Below are positions 52,791 through 64,000 of a stretch of 64,000 nt of DNA, in pieces. The notes under the pieces are model-generated. The model ran no database searches. It had not been told where the DNA came from and saw nothing but the letters and a program-made list of their open reading frames with translations. The stretch is from Eledone cirrhosa (Eukaryota): positions 245,086,001 through 245,150,000 of the forward strand of contig OZ024742.1 in NCBI GenBank assembly GCA_964016885.1. Direction: 5' to 3'. A program made the position numbers and the translations under genes. The first letter of the stretch is position 1. Each line of letters starts with the position of its first letter.

Positions 52791-53800
52791 AGATTTTCCT
52801 CTCTTATCATACACTTGACATAGAACATCTCTAGACCTATGTTTAAAATAAGATCTATACCTGTATCTATATCTAACAAATAGATCTTTTAATTTCCTTA
52901 CTCTCCTTCTGCAAATTGTTCTGTGTCCCTGAGTTCATTTAGATCTTAAATTCATTTCACAAATAACTAATGTGGCATATTCTTCTTGTGGAAAAGATTT
53001 AATATTCTCAGCTATTCATCTATCCCATTTTCTAAACAGTATGAAGTCACTCTGGTTTGTGTGTTCATATTTTAGAAGTAAAAACACATATATATATATA
53101 TATATATGACAGACTTCCACACAGTTTCTATCTACCAAATAGTAGAAAACATTTACTTGGTTTCATGCAGTGATGTGGAACCTGAAACCAGTTGGTTGTT
53201 AAATGAACTTCTTAAGCACACATATAAAAACATAGAATAAAAGAAAACTTATCAAATCATCCCAATAGAAAATATAAAACCATTCATTCGAAAGGTAAAT
53301 GTAGGAAGAACTTACTTAGGTAATCAGTATAAATTAGAGTATACAAAAGGAAAGGTGTGATTTGTAGCAGAGTGACAGGTATAATTACCTGTCACTTTGT
53401 CACAAATCACATAACTTTAAATGCACCAAAGAATAGCTAATAAATAGCATTAGCTAGTTATGAAGTGGACACCATGAAGTATTTGGATGATGACTGTTGA
53501 GCAAGGGACACAGGTTAAGGACAATGTAAATGTTTTGGATTTCAAATGATTAAGAATAAAATAAACATTATTAATAAATAGCTGGCAATGGTTGGTGTTA
53601 GGAAGGGCATCCAGCTGTAGAAAACCTGCCAGATACAGTCCTATATGAGGGAGACACGGTCACCCGATCAATCTTGCCTCAAGTGGGACAATTTCCGTCT
53701 AACCCATGCTAGAGTGGAAGATAGATGTTAAACGATGATGATGATGATGATGATTATTATTATTATTTTATTAAGGCGGTGGATTCTTATTATATTATTA

Positions 53801-53992
53801 GGGCGGTGGATTGGCAGTATCGGTAGAGGATCTGACGCTGTGCTTTGCAGCATAGAGTTACGGCCCTTTATGGTCTGAGTTCAAATCCCGCCGAGGTTAA
53901 CTTTGCCTTTCATCCTTACGGGGTCGATAAAATAAAGTACCAGTAATACACTGGATAATTGCTGGCCTTGTGCCAAACGTAGAAACAATTAT
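53801..53992 (+). mobile_element. SINE family A copy
   Basis: Matches the family A consensus. Confidence 0.85.
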
Positions 53993-54351
53993 TATTTTAT
54001 TAATTAACATCCATAAGATTGATTGGTCATGCTTGGGGAGCCAACCGGACCATTTGGAAATAGCTGCTTCTAATAGGAGCCCCTACAAGACATGTCTGAG
54101 AATTTTGTCCCTACAACCCTCTCAGAAATAAGTGGGCAATGAAGGGGGAGGATGAGAAGAAGAAAAAGATTATTTACTTTGTCTACTTGTTTTTTAATAC
54201 TGTTTAAATTACTTAAAGTTCTTAAATTAGAGATCATTTTTAGGATTACTGGGAGCTGTGAAATTAATCAATAATTCCTTTCCCGTATGATTAAGAATAC
54301 TAATTTTTAAAAAAATAGGTATGGAACAGTATACTATCGGTAGAATTTTAA

Positions 54352-54970
54352 ATAATTGCTTCTACTTTTGGTACAAGGCCAGTAATTTGAAGGAAGGGGA
54401 AAGTCAATTAAATCGAACCCAGTATGTTACTGGTACTATATTCTATCAAAGCTAATCTCAGTGGGATTTGAACTCAGAATGTAAACGGCCATAACTCTAT
54501 ACTCTTAAGCATGTTGTCCAATGCTCTACCAATACTGCCAAACCCTTGTAGAATTATAAATAATAGTTTCTACATTTGGCACAAAGCCAGTATTTTGAAG
54601 GAAAGGAGAAAAGTCGATTAAATTGACTCCAGTGCGTTACTGGTACTTTATTTTATTGACCATGTAAGGATGAAAGGCAAAGCTAACCTTGGTGGGATTG
54701 GAACTCAGAATGTAAAGGGCTGTAACAATATGCCGCAAAGCATGTTGTCCAACGCTTTACTGATATACCAATAATTGTTTCTATTTTTGGCACAATACCA
54801 GTATTTTGAAGGAAAGGAGAAAAGTCGATTAAATTGACTCCAGTGAGTTACTGGTACTTTATTTTATCAACCCCGTAAGGATGAAAGGCGAAGTTGAACT
54901 CAAACTGTAAAGGGACGTAACTCTATGCCGCAAAGCATGGCATCCAACCCTCTACTGATACTGCCAATCA
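54352..54970 (-). mobile_element. Three tandem SINE family A copies
   Basis: Units at about 54352-54545, 54560-54772 and 54772-54970, each ttctac/tatttt.gg.acaa...tactgcca. Confidence 0.8.
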
Positions 54971-55825
54971 ATGTGCATGCAGCATGGCTGAATGGTTTAG
55001 AAGTTTGCTTTGCAACATATTTTTGTAGAAGAAACAGTTTATTACTTGAATGGTACTTATCAATCCTGAACGATGTTGGGATTTCTACATCCCAAGACAT
55101 TTTATTCTTATGTTCTATCGATTCTGCTAATTCAGCACCCTTGAATCTAAACTATAATAAAGTAAGGAGCGCAGGACTGCGTACGGTTTATAATTTTTTA
55201 TCCCATTAGTAAAATAAGTTTGAATAAATAATGAATGAATATTACATAATTTATCTACTAAATACCGTGGCTGTTGATTAAATATATTTTGTTTATTTAA
55301 AGATTCAGTTCTTTAAAATTTCTGAAATGTCAACACTTCCGGTTGGCCATCGTTTAAATAAACATACTAATTTTCTGTCACTAATTTTCTCCTAATGCAG
55401 TTTGTATATAATATCGTCTTTTTTAATGTATCATGGATTACGTTACTGACTAAATAAGACAGTGTAACACAGTCTTCGTTCAATTTCTATTATATATTGT
55501 CAATTACGATTTTGACGTATCATATCTACATGTATATATACCTGCGTATAATATCAATATACACACTACACATGCTAGCAGAAAACCACCGGAAGGGTGG
55601 TTTTTCTGCTAGTACATATATAATGATATCAATAAAATATTTTTTGAAGTTGTGAAGTTAGGTATATGATTTTAGGTATAATGAAGGATCTAATAAGGAG
55701 GAAACAATGACCTAAGGAATAGAATCAGTAATTAATTCATGATCTTCAAACAGTTATTATGTACTTTGTTTATTACCAGAGTACTTAGTATGTGGTCTAA
55801 AAAATGATGATGATGATGACTTGAA

Positions 55826-56048
55826 TAATGGTTTCTGATATAGGCACAAGGTCAGCAATTTTTAGGGAAAGGGAAAATTGATTAAATGGACCTCTAGTGC
55901 ATTACTGGTACTTTATTTTATCGACCGCGTAAGGATGAAAGGCAAAGCTAACCTTGGCGGGATTTGAAATCAGAATATAAAGGGACGTAACTCTATGCTC
56001 CAAAGCATGGCGTCCACTGCTCTACTGATCCTACCAATCCGCTGCCCT
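55826..56048 (-). mobile_element. SINE family A copy
   Basis: Reverse complement of the consensus. Confidence 0.8.
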
Positions 56049-56054
56049 TAATGA

Positions 56055-56275
56055 CCCTTTAGTATTTACATTACTCTATATCTACTGTTGTATTTTCACA
56101 GTAAACACTTTGTCTCACATAATTATCCCACATAATATCGAATCTATGAGATTTTGATATTATTTATTTTGAGAACAGTATCTTAACATCAGTATGAGTG
56201 GCCGGTTATGGCCAGTTTGAACAGAAAGAGCTGAGAGAATTCTGGCCAGATACAGCCGGTTTAAATGCTAAAGGA
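56055..56275 (+). mobile_element. TTAA MITE copy
   Basis: Body matches the family; right TTAA 56276-56279. Confidence 0.82.
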
Positions 56276-56500
56276 TTAAATAACAAATTATTTGCAATAT
56301 TAAAATCTGGCTTAGTTCCAGATATAATGCAATATATTTTAATCAAAAGACATTTAGTTCAAAATATTTTCTCCATTTTTTTGTACTAATAAATTGATAA
56401 ATCAAACATAATCTACACAAATTGATCAGTATTACTGTGAACTATCCCTAAGAGGAAAAAGATGGCTTCACAGTATGCTGTACTTCGTTCATTATTGTAA

Positions 56501-56783
56501 TAGGTGTGGATTGGCAGTATCGGTAGAGGGTCGGACGCCATGCTTTGTAGCATAGAGTTACTGCCCTTTATGGTCTGAGTTCAAATTTCGCTGAGGTTAA
56601 CTTTGCCTTTTATCATTACGGAGTCGATAAAATAAAGTACCAGTCATGCACTGGGATCAATTTAATCAACTTCCCCCTCCCCCAAAATTGCTGGCCTTGT
56701 GCCTATATAAGAAACCATTGATTTAATTGACTTTCCCCTTCCCTTCAAATTGCTAGCCTTGTGCCTAAAGTAGAAACAATTAT
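56501..56783 (+). mobile_element. SINE family A copy with duplicated tail
   Basis: Consensus head/core; the tail segment tttaat..actt.cccct..aaattgct.gccttgtgcct occurs twice. Confidence 0.8.
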
Positions 56784-57214
56784 TGTAATAGGCAGTAGAC
56801 TATATAACTATAACTTGTGTTTAAGAGCAAACAAGGATGTTTATGATTATATTAAATAATAGCTTAAACATCATCATCATTCAAAGGGGTTGTTAAACGA
56901 TGATGATGATGATCTTGTACTTAATACACTTAATATGTTGCTATTAAAACGCAATGGGGTTACCCAACCTAGTAGAAATATCAACCAAAATTCACATCAC
57001 ACTCTACCTTTTTGAAAAAAGAAGCGCACAATGAATAATGGAGCGTTAAGGTATTCTGTCTAAGAGAATTAAAAAAAACGGGATGGTTGCAGCCAGAATG
57101 CCTTTTATCATAAGTCTGATCAAAGGGAAGTTCACTGATTTTTCACTAATTTCCTTAGAATCTAGTATTTAATTTTTTTCTAAGGAAATAAATGAAAGCA
57201 GAGATGATCTAGAT

Positions 57215-57376
57215 CAGTCATGGGCAAACTGCAGCTCGCGAGCCACATGTGGCCCTGGCTTTCTGAATGGCATATCTAATTTCAAAATTGCCTTGAATAT
57301 TTTTAGTAGTGTGGTTCATATTATGATGAGGCATATCCTATGCAGTCCATTACTCATAAAAGGTTGCCTATGTCTG
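57215..57376. mobile_element. hAT (Charlie-like) MITE
   Basis: Imperfect TIRs CAGTCATGGGCAA / TTGCCTATGTCTG; perfect 8-bp TSD ATCTAGAT at 57207-57214 and 57377-57384. Confidence 0.88.
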
Positions 57377-58619
57377 ATCTAGATATTCATCTTTGCTATC
57401 TAACTTAGGAAGATTTGGCTTTTTTTTTACCTCTGTATTTGTTTTGGCTTTCTACATTCTATATTCAAACCCTGCTGAGGTCAACTTTGCCTTTCATCCT
57501 TTTAGGGTTGATAAATAAAGAATCAATCAAAGTGTTGGATGGGATGCTTTGTGGTATAGGTTCCAGCTCTGTACATTCTAAGTTGAAGACCACAAGGGTA
57601 AAAGAAAAACTCAATGAATTAGAATTGGAAGTTGCTGTTAACTCTTAACATCCTGTAATGATTTAACAGAAAATATCTAAAAACGAATTTATTAATTTAA
57701 ATATTTATCGTATCTTTACAAGTGGGTAGATTGTTGTGACTATTTGCAGTAGACTAAAGTAAAGACTTTCATTTTTAATGTGATGCAGTCATAGTGCTGT
57801 TATACACTTTTCAAGATTGTCTTGGTAATATGATTTTAAGAGTTAGATGTGTTAATGTCAGTGCTGACTGAGTAAGTTTGCACTTACATTGACAAGAACA
57901 AATTAAAGCAGGAGAGGGAGTGGTGTATTGAAAATTAGACACCTGGAAATGTTGCATTATAATCACTTTTAAGTTCCTTTGACAACTCATACTGTTGTTT
58001 CTGTTTGTATATATTGATATGTGTGTGTGGCTGAGTAACTGTGTGGCTATTAAGGATAATAGTTATACAAAAGAAACAATATAAGTGTGTGTGAATGTAT
58101 ATATCATTATCATCATGTAACATCCTTATATATATATATATATATATATACTCTTTTACTCTTTTACCTGTTCCAGCCATCCAGCTGGGGCCATGCTGGG
58201 ACACCGCCCTTATATCAGGATGTTAAATGATGATATACATATAGATATATTTGGGGATGGTCAATGTTGCCAATATTACCAATAGAAAGAAACACACCAT
58301 ATAATTTTCACTTTATTTTTATTGTTCGTTATTCATTTGTTTGTCAAAGTTCTTTTGTCACACATTCTGTGACCTCAATGACTATCTGTTTTCTGCCTCA
58401 TCTTTTAAATGGTCTAAAATTTCTACTTCATCTTGTCTTTGTTTTGTGGTACGTTTTTCATGTCTGCACATGCATTTATGCCTGTATCTCTGTATGAGTG
58501 AATGTGTTTTTGTGTTTGTCATGTCTATGTATGTTTTATGTGTGTGTGGGTTTGCCGTTTTGCTGTTTGTGTCTTTTTTTCTCTATTCTGTCTTCAGTCA
58601 TTAAGCTGCGGGCTTTTAC

Positions 58620-59070
58620 TATTCCAATTGTGTTTTCTGTTCAGGCCAGGTCTATATTCTACTATGTGTGTGGCCTCCGTAATTTGTCTAATTGTCTGAT
58701 CGGTGTGTCAGTTCTATGTGTGGATAGGATCTTTATTTCTATGTTATCTATTGAGGCCCCGTGTTCTAGTTTGGCCTGTTAATAGAGCACTGATGAGCTT
58801 TTCTCCTCCTTAAGTTCTCACTAGTGTTCCTTTAATATATCTCCTATACTACAAGCTGTCTCTGCTATGTATGTCATTGTCTTGTTTCTGTATCGTCCCT
58901 CTCTACATCTTACCCTATAGACTACATTATTAGTATTACAGGTCATCTGTGGGCTTATCTTACAGACCAGACAGTTTCTATCAGTACATGGGAGCTTTCC
59001 TAAAGGGGTATGTCATTCTAATCTGGGATTTTATGGTAGCTCCTGGTTTTTCTATTACTTTAATCCTAAG
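58620..59070 (-). mobile_element. Penelope-like element GIY-YIG endonuclease fragment (decayed)
   Basis: Minus-strand manual translation CLVC..CNTNNVVYRVRC...YIAETA...LKEH, then RQITEATHI..RPGLNRKHNW. Confidence 0.7.
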
Positions 59071-60465
59071 GTTAATTTTGGTAAACGCTCTTCTGAAATG
59101 ATAGCTGGTGCCACTTATGTCTGTTTAATACTTTCTTTTTGGTAAAATACATACACATATATTGCTTGTGTATTGCTTGTGTATGCATGTAACAGTCAAT
59201 GTCTTCATTGAATTGGTGTACCCTGAGTGTGGAAAGATTTACTTGAGCAAATCTGGTCTTAGGAGCTACAGTCACAGCCATGTTCAGAGAGAATCAGTGA
59301 ACTATGATGTCCATGGTATTGTGAAGGTTCACAGGCAACCTGATGCAAGAGCTGAGGCCAGGGAGAACCATAGTTGTCGTCAATGTGTGAAGGAGTGAAA
59401 GTCTCTAGCAGGCTTGAAAAGCCATATCCGAGCATCACACATTTGAATCTGACAAGCAATTGTAATACTCTTAGTAGAGTTTGCAGCCAACATGTATGTA
59501 TCTCTTCATTAAGACATCTCTCTAGGAGAAGGTCACTCTGATATAAAACCTGCGACCTCATTTGTATCCAATGGTGTAGCCTAGTTCTTCTTTTTGGGTA
59601 AATGCATTCAATGTTCATAGAGTGGGATTAACTCCCCTTAAAAAAGCTTCAATCTCAGGCATTGCTTGATATGTGACTTTTTTGCAATGCATGGCATTGC
59701 TGACCATAGGCAAGCCCCTAGCAGGATTAAAAAGCTGCGTCCGTGATGTTCATGCTTAAGTATCAAGTTGCAGCCATCATCATGTATGTATGTTTGTGTG
59801 TGTGTGTGTGCATGTGAGAGAGAAAGAGAGAATATATTCATATTTTCTATATATATAGATGATAAGCACACATTGCTTTTGTGTATTTGCATATGAGTGA
59901 GTGTGTGTGTGTGTGTGAGAGAAAGAAAGAAAGAGAAGCAGAGCATATGGGCATATTTTTTTTATATAACGATCATAAAACAAATTGCTTGGGTATGTGT
60001 GTCAGTGAGTGAGTGAGTGTGTGTGAGAGAGAGAGTGAGAGATAGATAGATAGAGAGAGAGAGAATATAGGCATATTTTTTATATACAAAGATCATAAGT
60101 AATTATCAAATATCAGTGGTATAACCAGATGTGATGCAGGACCCAAATATATATATATAACTGGCCACTGTCAAATGCGAGAAAGTTCTCCAGGAAAGTT
60201 AACCAGGAATCTTTAAAAATATCCTCACCAAAGTTAACAAAGAACTTACTAGATCTACAAAACCAAATTGTAAAATCATAATATTATAAAATTCAATTAA
60301 ATTGTTTAGAACTACAAGTGAAGTCATTCTTTTCCTTTTTTTAAATATATATATATATATCATCATCATCATCACCGTTTTACATCCATTCTTCCATGCG
60401 AGCATGGGTTAGACAGGTTGTCTTGTTGTGGGCAATGCCAGGTCAGGTGACCATGTCTTGCTCAT

Positions 60466-60837
60466 GCTTTTTTACTGTGGTGCCTACATGACCACTTTAC
60501 AGTGTGGACTGGGTGCTTTTTGTTGTGACACCAACACAACCACTTTACAGTGTGGACTGGGTGCTTTTTGTTGTGACACCTACATGACCACTTTACAGTG
60601 TGGACTGGGTGCTTTTTGTCGTGACACCTACATGACCACTTTACAGTGTGGACTGGGTGACTTTTGTTGTGACACCTACATGACCACTTTACAGTGTGGA
60701 CTGGTTGATTTTTGTTGTGACACCTACATGACCACTTTACAGTGTGGACTGGTTGATTTTTGTTGACACCTACATGACCACTTTACAGTGTGGACTGGTT
60801 GATTTTTGTTGTGACACCTACATGACCACTTTACAGT
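60466..60837. repeat. 48-bp minisatellite, ~7.5 units, homologous to the 49-bp array
   Basis: cacctacatgaccactttacagtgtggactgggtgctttttgttgtga, period 48, downstream of the same RTE-type tail (60361-60465). Confidence 0.93.
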
Positions 60838-61213
60838 AATTATATTGTAATGTTTTGTTGTCTGTACATGATAGGCCAAAAGTTGATTACTCTAGAATGG
60901 ACCCCTTAAACATATGGCCTAATTGGGAGCAATTGGTTCAATTAGTTTAAGTCCAACCCTGGATTTAATCTATCTTTGAACTAGGATTAGAATTATTTTA
61001 TTTAGACGTAAGATACTGTGTTTTAAAACTGAATTAAAACAAAACTCCTGATAACATTTAATAACATTTTGTGTAACATTGTATATTTGCAATGCAACAC
61101 AAAATGAATTTAAAGAAAGCATTGTAAAATATTTTTACTGACATTAATAGTGATGTAATTACATATTAGTTTAGCATAAAAGTAATGTATATATATATAT
61201 TTATATTCTTCAG

Positions 61214-64000
61214 GTACATAAAACATTAAGAAGATCCCAGGAAAATCTCCCAAAAGATGCAGTTTCAAATGTTTCAAAGTCTCGGTTATCTAACAGGGAT
61301 GTTTTTCAAAATCAAACTCAGGAAGCATTATCTATGCAGTCCCCAAAACCAGTTTTACCAACCAAAGACAATATTGACAAATCTATTGTTTCTTCATCCA
61401 TCTGTTCTTTTGAAAAGAACTGTGAAATGGAAATCAGCCATATAGATAATCCTAGTATTAATAATGAACTCCAGTCCATTCAACCAGAGATGAACCATAA
61501 AACATTACAATCTCAGGGATATGCATTTACTGAATCATCATATGTTAATGGAAGTCAGCTTGAAGATATAACTGGGTCTAGCTTTGCTGACACTAATCAG
61601 AAAAATCTTAATGATATACATAATATCACCACTGGAACTCTTGATAATGGTTCCATCAGTGGAAAAGGCTATTCTCCAGATTCAGATGTGATGGTTCCCC
61701 TAAAAGAGAATTTAGAAGTTAACACCAACTGTGAACAAAGCCTGATCTCAAAGCAATCTAATCCTGCAGCTGTAGGTAGTCCAACGACTTTCCATGTATC
61801 ACAGTCATTGCCTCCTTCTACATCTGATGAAAATATGCTGTGTGATAAACTTTCTGAAGAATCAGTTAGAAGGAACCTTCTAGATATGCCATACCAAGCA
61901 ATATCTGAATCTAGAAAAAGTCTCAACATTGATGACATACTAAAATGTAAGCGACCGAAAATTTGTCATTCTGAAAATTCTTCATTTTCATTTCATCAAC
62001 CGTCACGATCATGGCCAGCTGTAACTACAGCCATGTTACAATATCCCAGCTCAATATCATCAGTTCTTTCTCCAAGAAAACCAGTTGATATGTCTGTCGA
62101 CCAGACACATTCAAATGTTGATAAAAGATTAATGCAAGCCAGTAAAGCAAACAATGTTGACTCTGTTATTGTAAGCAATGTTTTACCAAGTGGAAATGAT
62201 CTGAATGATGACATTATGAAACATACTTCCAATCTGTCATATTGCTATGATAAAAGCATTAAATCAGAAAACCATTCTGAAATGTCTAAAGGTAATGAAA
62301 CTGATTCAAATGCCATATTATCTGGCAGTCAGTGTATTCCAAGGAACTACAATCATAACTCAACATCTCAGTCATTATCTTCAAAAGACGATATAGCTCA
62401 ACATATTTTATCTCCTGCTCAAAATTTTATTGTTAATTCAATTGATTCAGAAGTTCACAATTCATCTATTCTGGTGCCTGACAGCTCACAGTATAAAGAA
62501 AGAGCAAAACCGAGCCAGACAAGAACATCACCTAGATCTGCTACTGCATCAAAAACAAGAAATGTAAAATCTTCATACAGAAGTCAAATAAAAGCAGTGA
62601 AATCAAGAAGTTCTTTGAGAAATCTCCCATCTGATAACAGATTGCTTTCAGCTGAACACAGAACACAATCCTCATTAAATGATTCTATGTTGAACAGTCA
62701 GCTTCAGTTATCAACATTTGATTCTCTACCAAATGCTGCTAATCTTACAGCATTGTCTGCAAATTCTCTTCAACAACTGCCTGAATATATGCCATATAAT
62801 AAGGTACAATTTGCTCCAAACGCTCATGGTAACATTTCTAATGTACCATATAGTTCACATGCCTCTTCAAGATATGGTAATATACAGGCAGGAGATCAAA
62901 ATGTAGCCATGTCATTTGCAGAACATTCTTCAGCTACATCATTAGCAACTTCAAAATTAACAACTGACAGTGTTAAACAACGTCGAGGATATTTACCACA
63001 TCATTTGCTTCCAATGTCATTAGTTAGCAATAAAACTATGAGTAGTCACATCTGTTCAGCACCTAATATAGTTACTCCACAATATACTTCTAGCATTTAT
63101 ACTTGTGCTGCCAGCAAAACTAGTTTTAGTTCAAGTACATTATCTAACCAATCTAAATATCCATCCCTGAACTCCCTCCCCCCACCTCCTCCATATCCAG
63201 GCCCTCCCTCCTATGAAGAAGTTCTTCAAAATATGGTGCCTGCAGCAATCAAAAAAGAGGATTTCCTATCTGACCAACAACAGTTTGGCAGCAGTAGGAA
63301 ATCTCTTTGGCAGCCATTCTCTGAAGGAAATACAAATATGGTTCAGATAAAAACTGAACCAATTTCTGATATTGATTCTTCAACTGAAGCAGCAGCATCA
63401 ACATCATTATCGTCTGCTTCACTAGTCCCTTTGCCTACATTTCGGGATTCTTTTAGCTCAAATTCAATGAACACTCAGATGATTATGTCCTCAAATCAAA
63501 AGTCTATGCCATCCTCTCATTCTGTAAATAATTACCAAATACCTCATCCTTCTAGTACAAGTGCACATACTTTCAGCCAACCATTGCCAAAATCCCTGTG
63601 CATAGGTAAAGTAAAGCTACCAGCAGTTAGTTCAAATGCCAGTAGGGATTTAAAACCTCCAAAAATGTATGCCCCGGAAATATCATCCTCTGACAACCAA
63701 TTTAAACTAAATTCTATAAAAATTGAACCAAACAACAGTGGAAATCCATTATCTCCAGATGTTAAATGTAAATTTTCAATAAATAATTCAAATTTTACTG
63801 AAAGTGATTTTCAAAGTGCTTTCCTTAATTCTTGTCCCCAAAATACCAAAATCCCTAGTGAGAAAATGGCCAGAATTTCAGATGCTTTCAATTCCACTGT
63901 CAAACATATCTTTAACAATAAACATCCTGCTGATACAAAGGAAAATTCATGTCATGAGGGCAATAAAGGATCTAATCCCCAAGTAAAAATTGAACCATGT
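61214..64000 (+). CDS. Giant coding exon (>=929 codons, runs off the window), probably the next coding exon of the 35396 gene; Ser/Asn/Pro-rich, probably disordered
   Basis: Acceptor ttatattcttcag|GTA at 61213/61214. My manual translation from 61214 (VHKTLRRSQENLPKDAVS...NPQVKIEPC) has no stop through 64000. Phase 0 matches the 36157 donor. It is missing from the ORF track, probably because it has no stop in the window. Confidence 0.88.

Noticed and set aside
59215-59285. C2H2-like sequence (YPECGKIYLSKSGLRSYSHSH), and CSVCTRVFKSLAGLK at about 15965-16010
   Set aside because: Single degenerate fingers with ligand loss or a frameshift; they resemble the C-terminal zinc finger of RTE LINEs rather than host zinc-finger exons.
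61257-63986. Short alternative-frame and antisense ORFs in the giant exon
   Set aside because: Shadows of the long open frame starting at 61214.

Overview
AT-rich, microsatellite-dense animal genomic DNA. The SINE and MITE families resemble those I recall from octopod cephalopods, but this is an inference and no search was run. Most of the window is intronic or intergenic repeat. One + strand protein-coding gene is supported. Its first coding exon is 35371-36157 (ATG 35396, preceded by two overlapping uORFs). A ~25-kb intron follows, then a giant exon starting at 61214 that is open for 929 codons to the window edge and is absent from the ORF track. The protein is low-complexity and rich in PPxY, SUMO-consensus and corepressor-like motifs. 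The rest contains decayed RTE, CR1, CRE-like and Penelope-like retroelements, several tRNA-derived SINE families, TTAA-specific, hAT and pogo-type MITEs, three large minisatellites and many palindromes. Highlights: (1) a ~146-bp-arm palindrome carrying an intact minimal hammerhead ribozyme motif (U3:A8 variant) on each strand; (2) inverted MITE copies that flank and immediately follow the first coding exon; (3) two independent minisatellites grown from the same retroelement module; (4) CpG-retaining intronic islands that may be alternative promoters. Nearly all short ORFs in the track are microsatellite or antisense artefacts.
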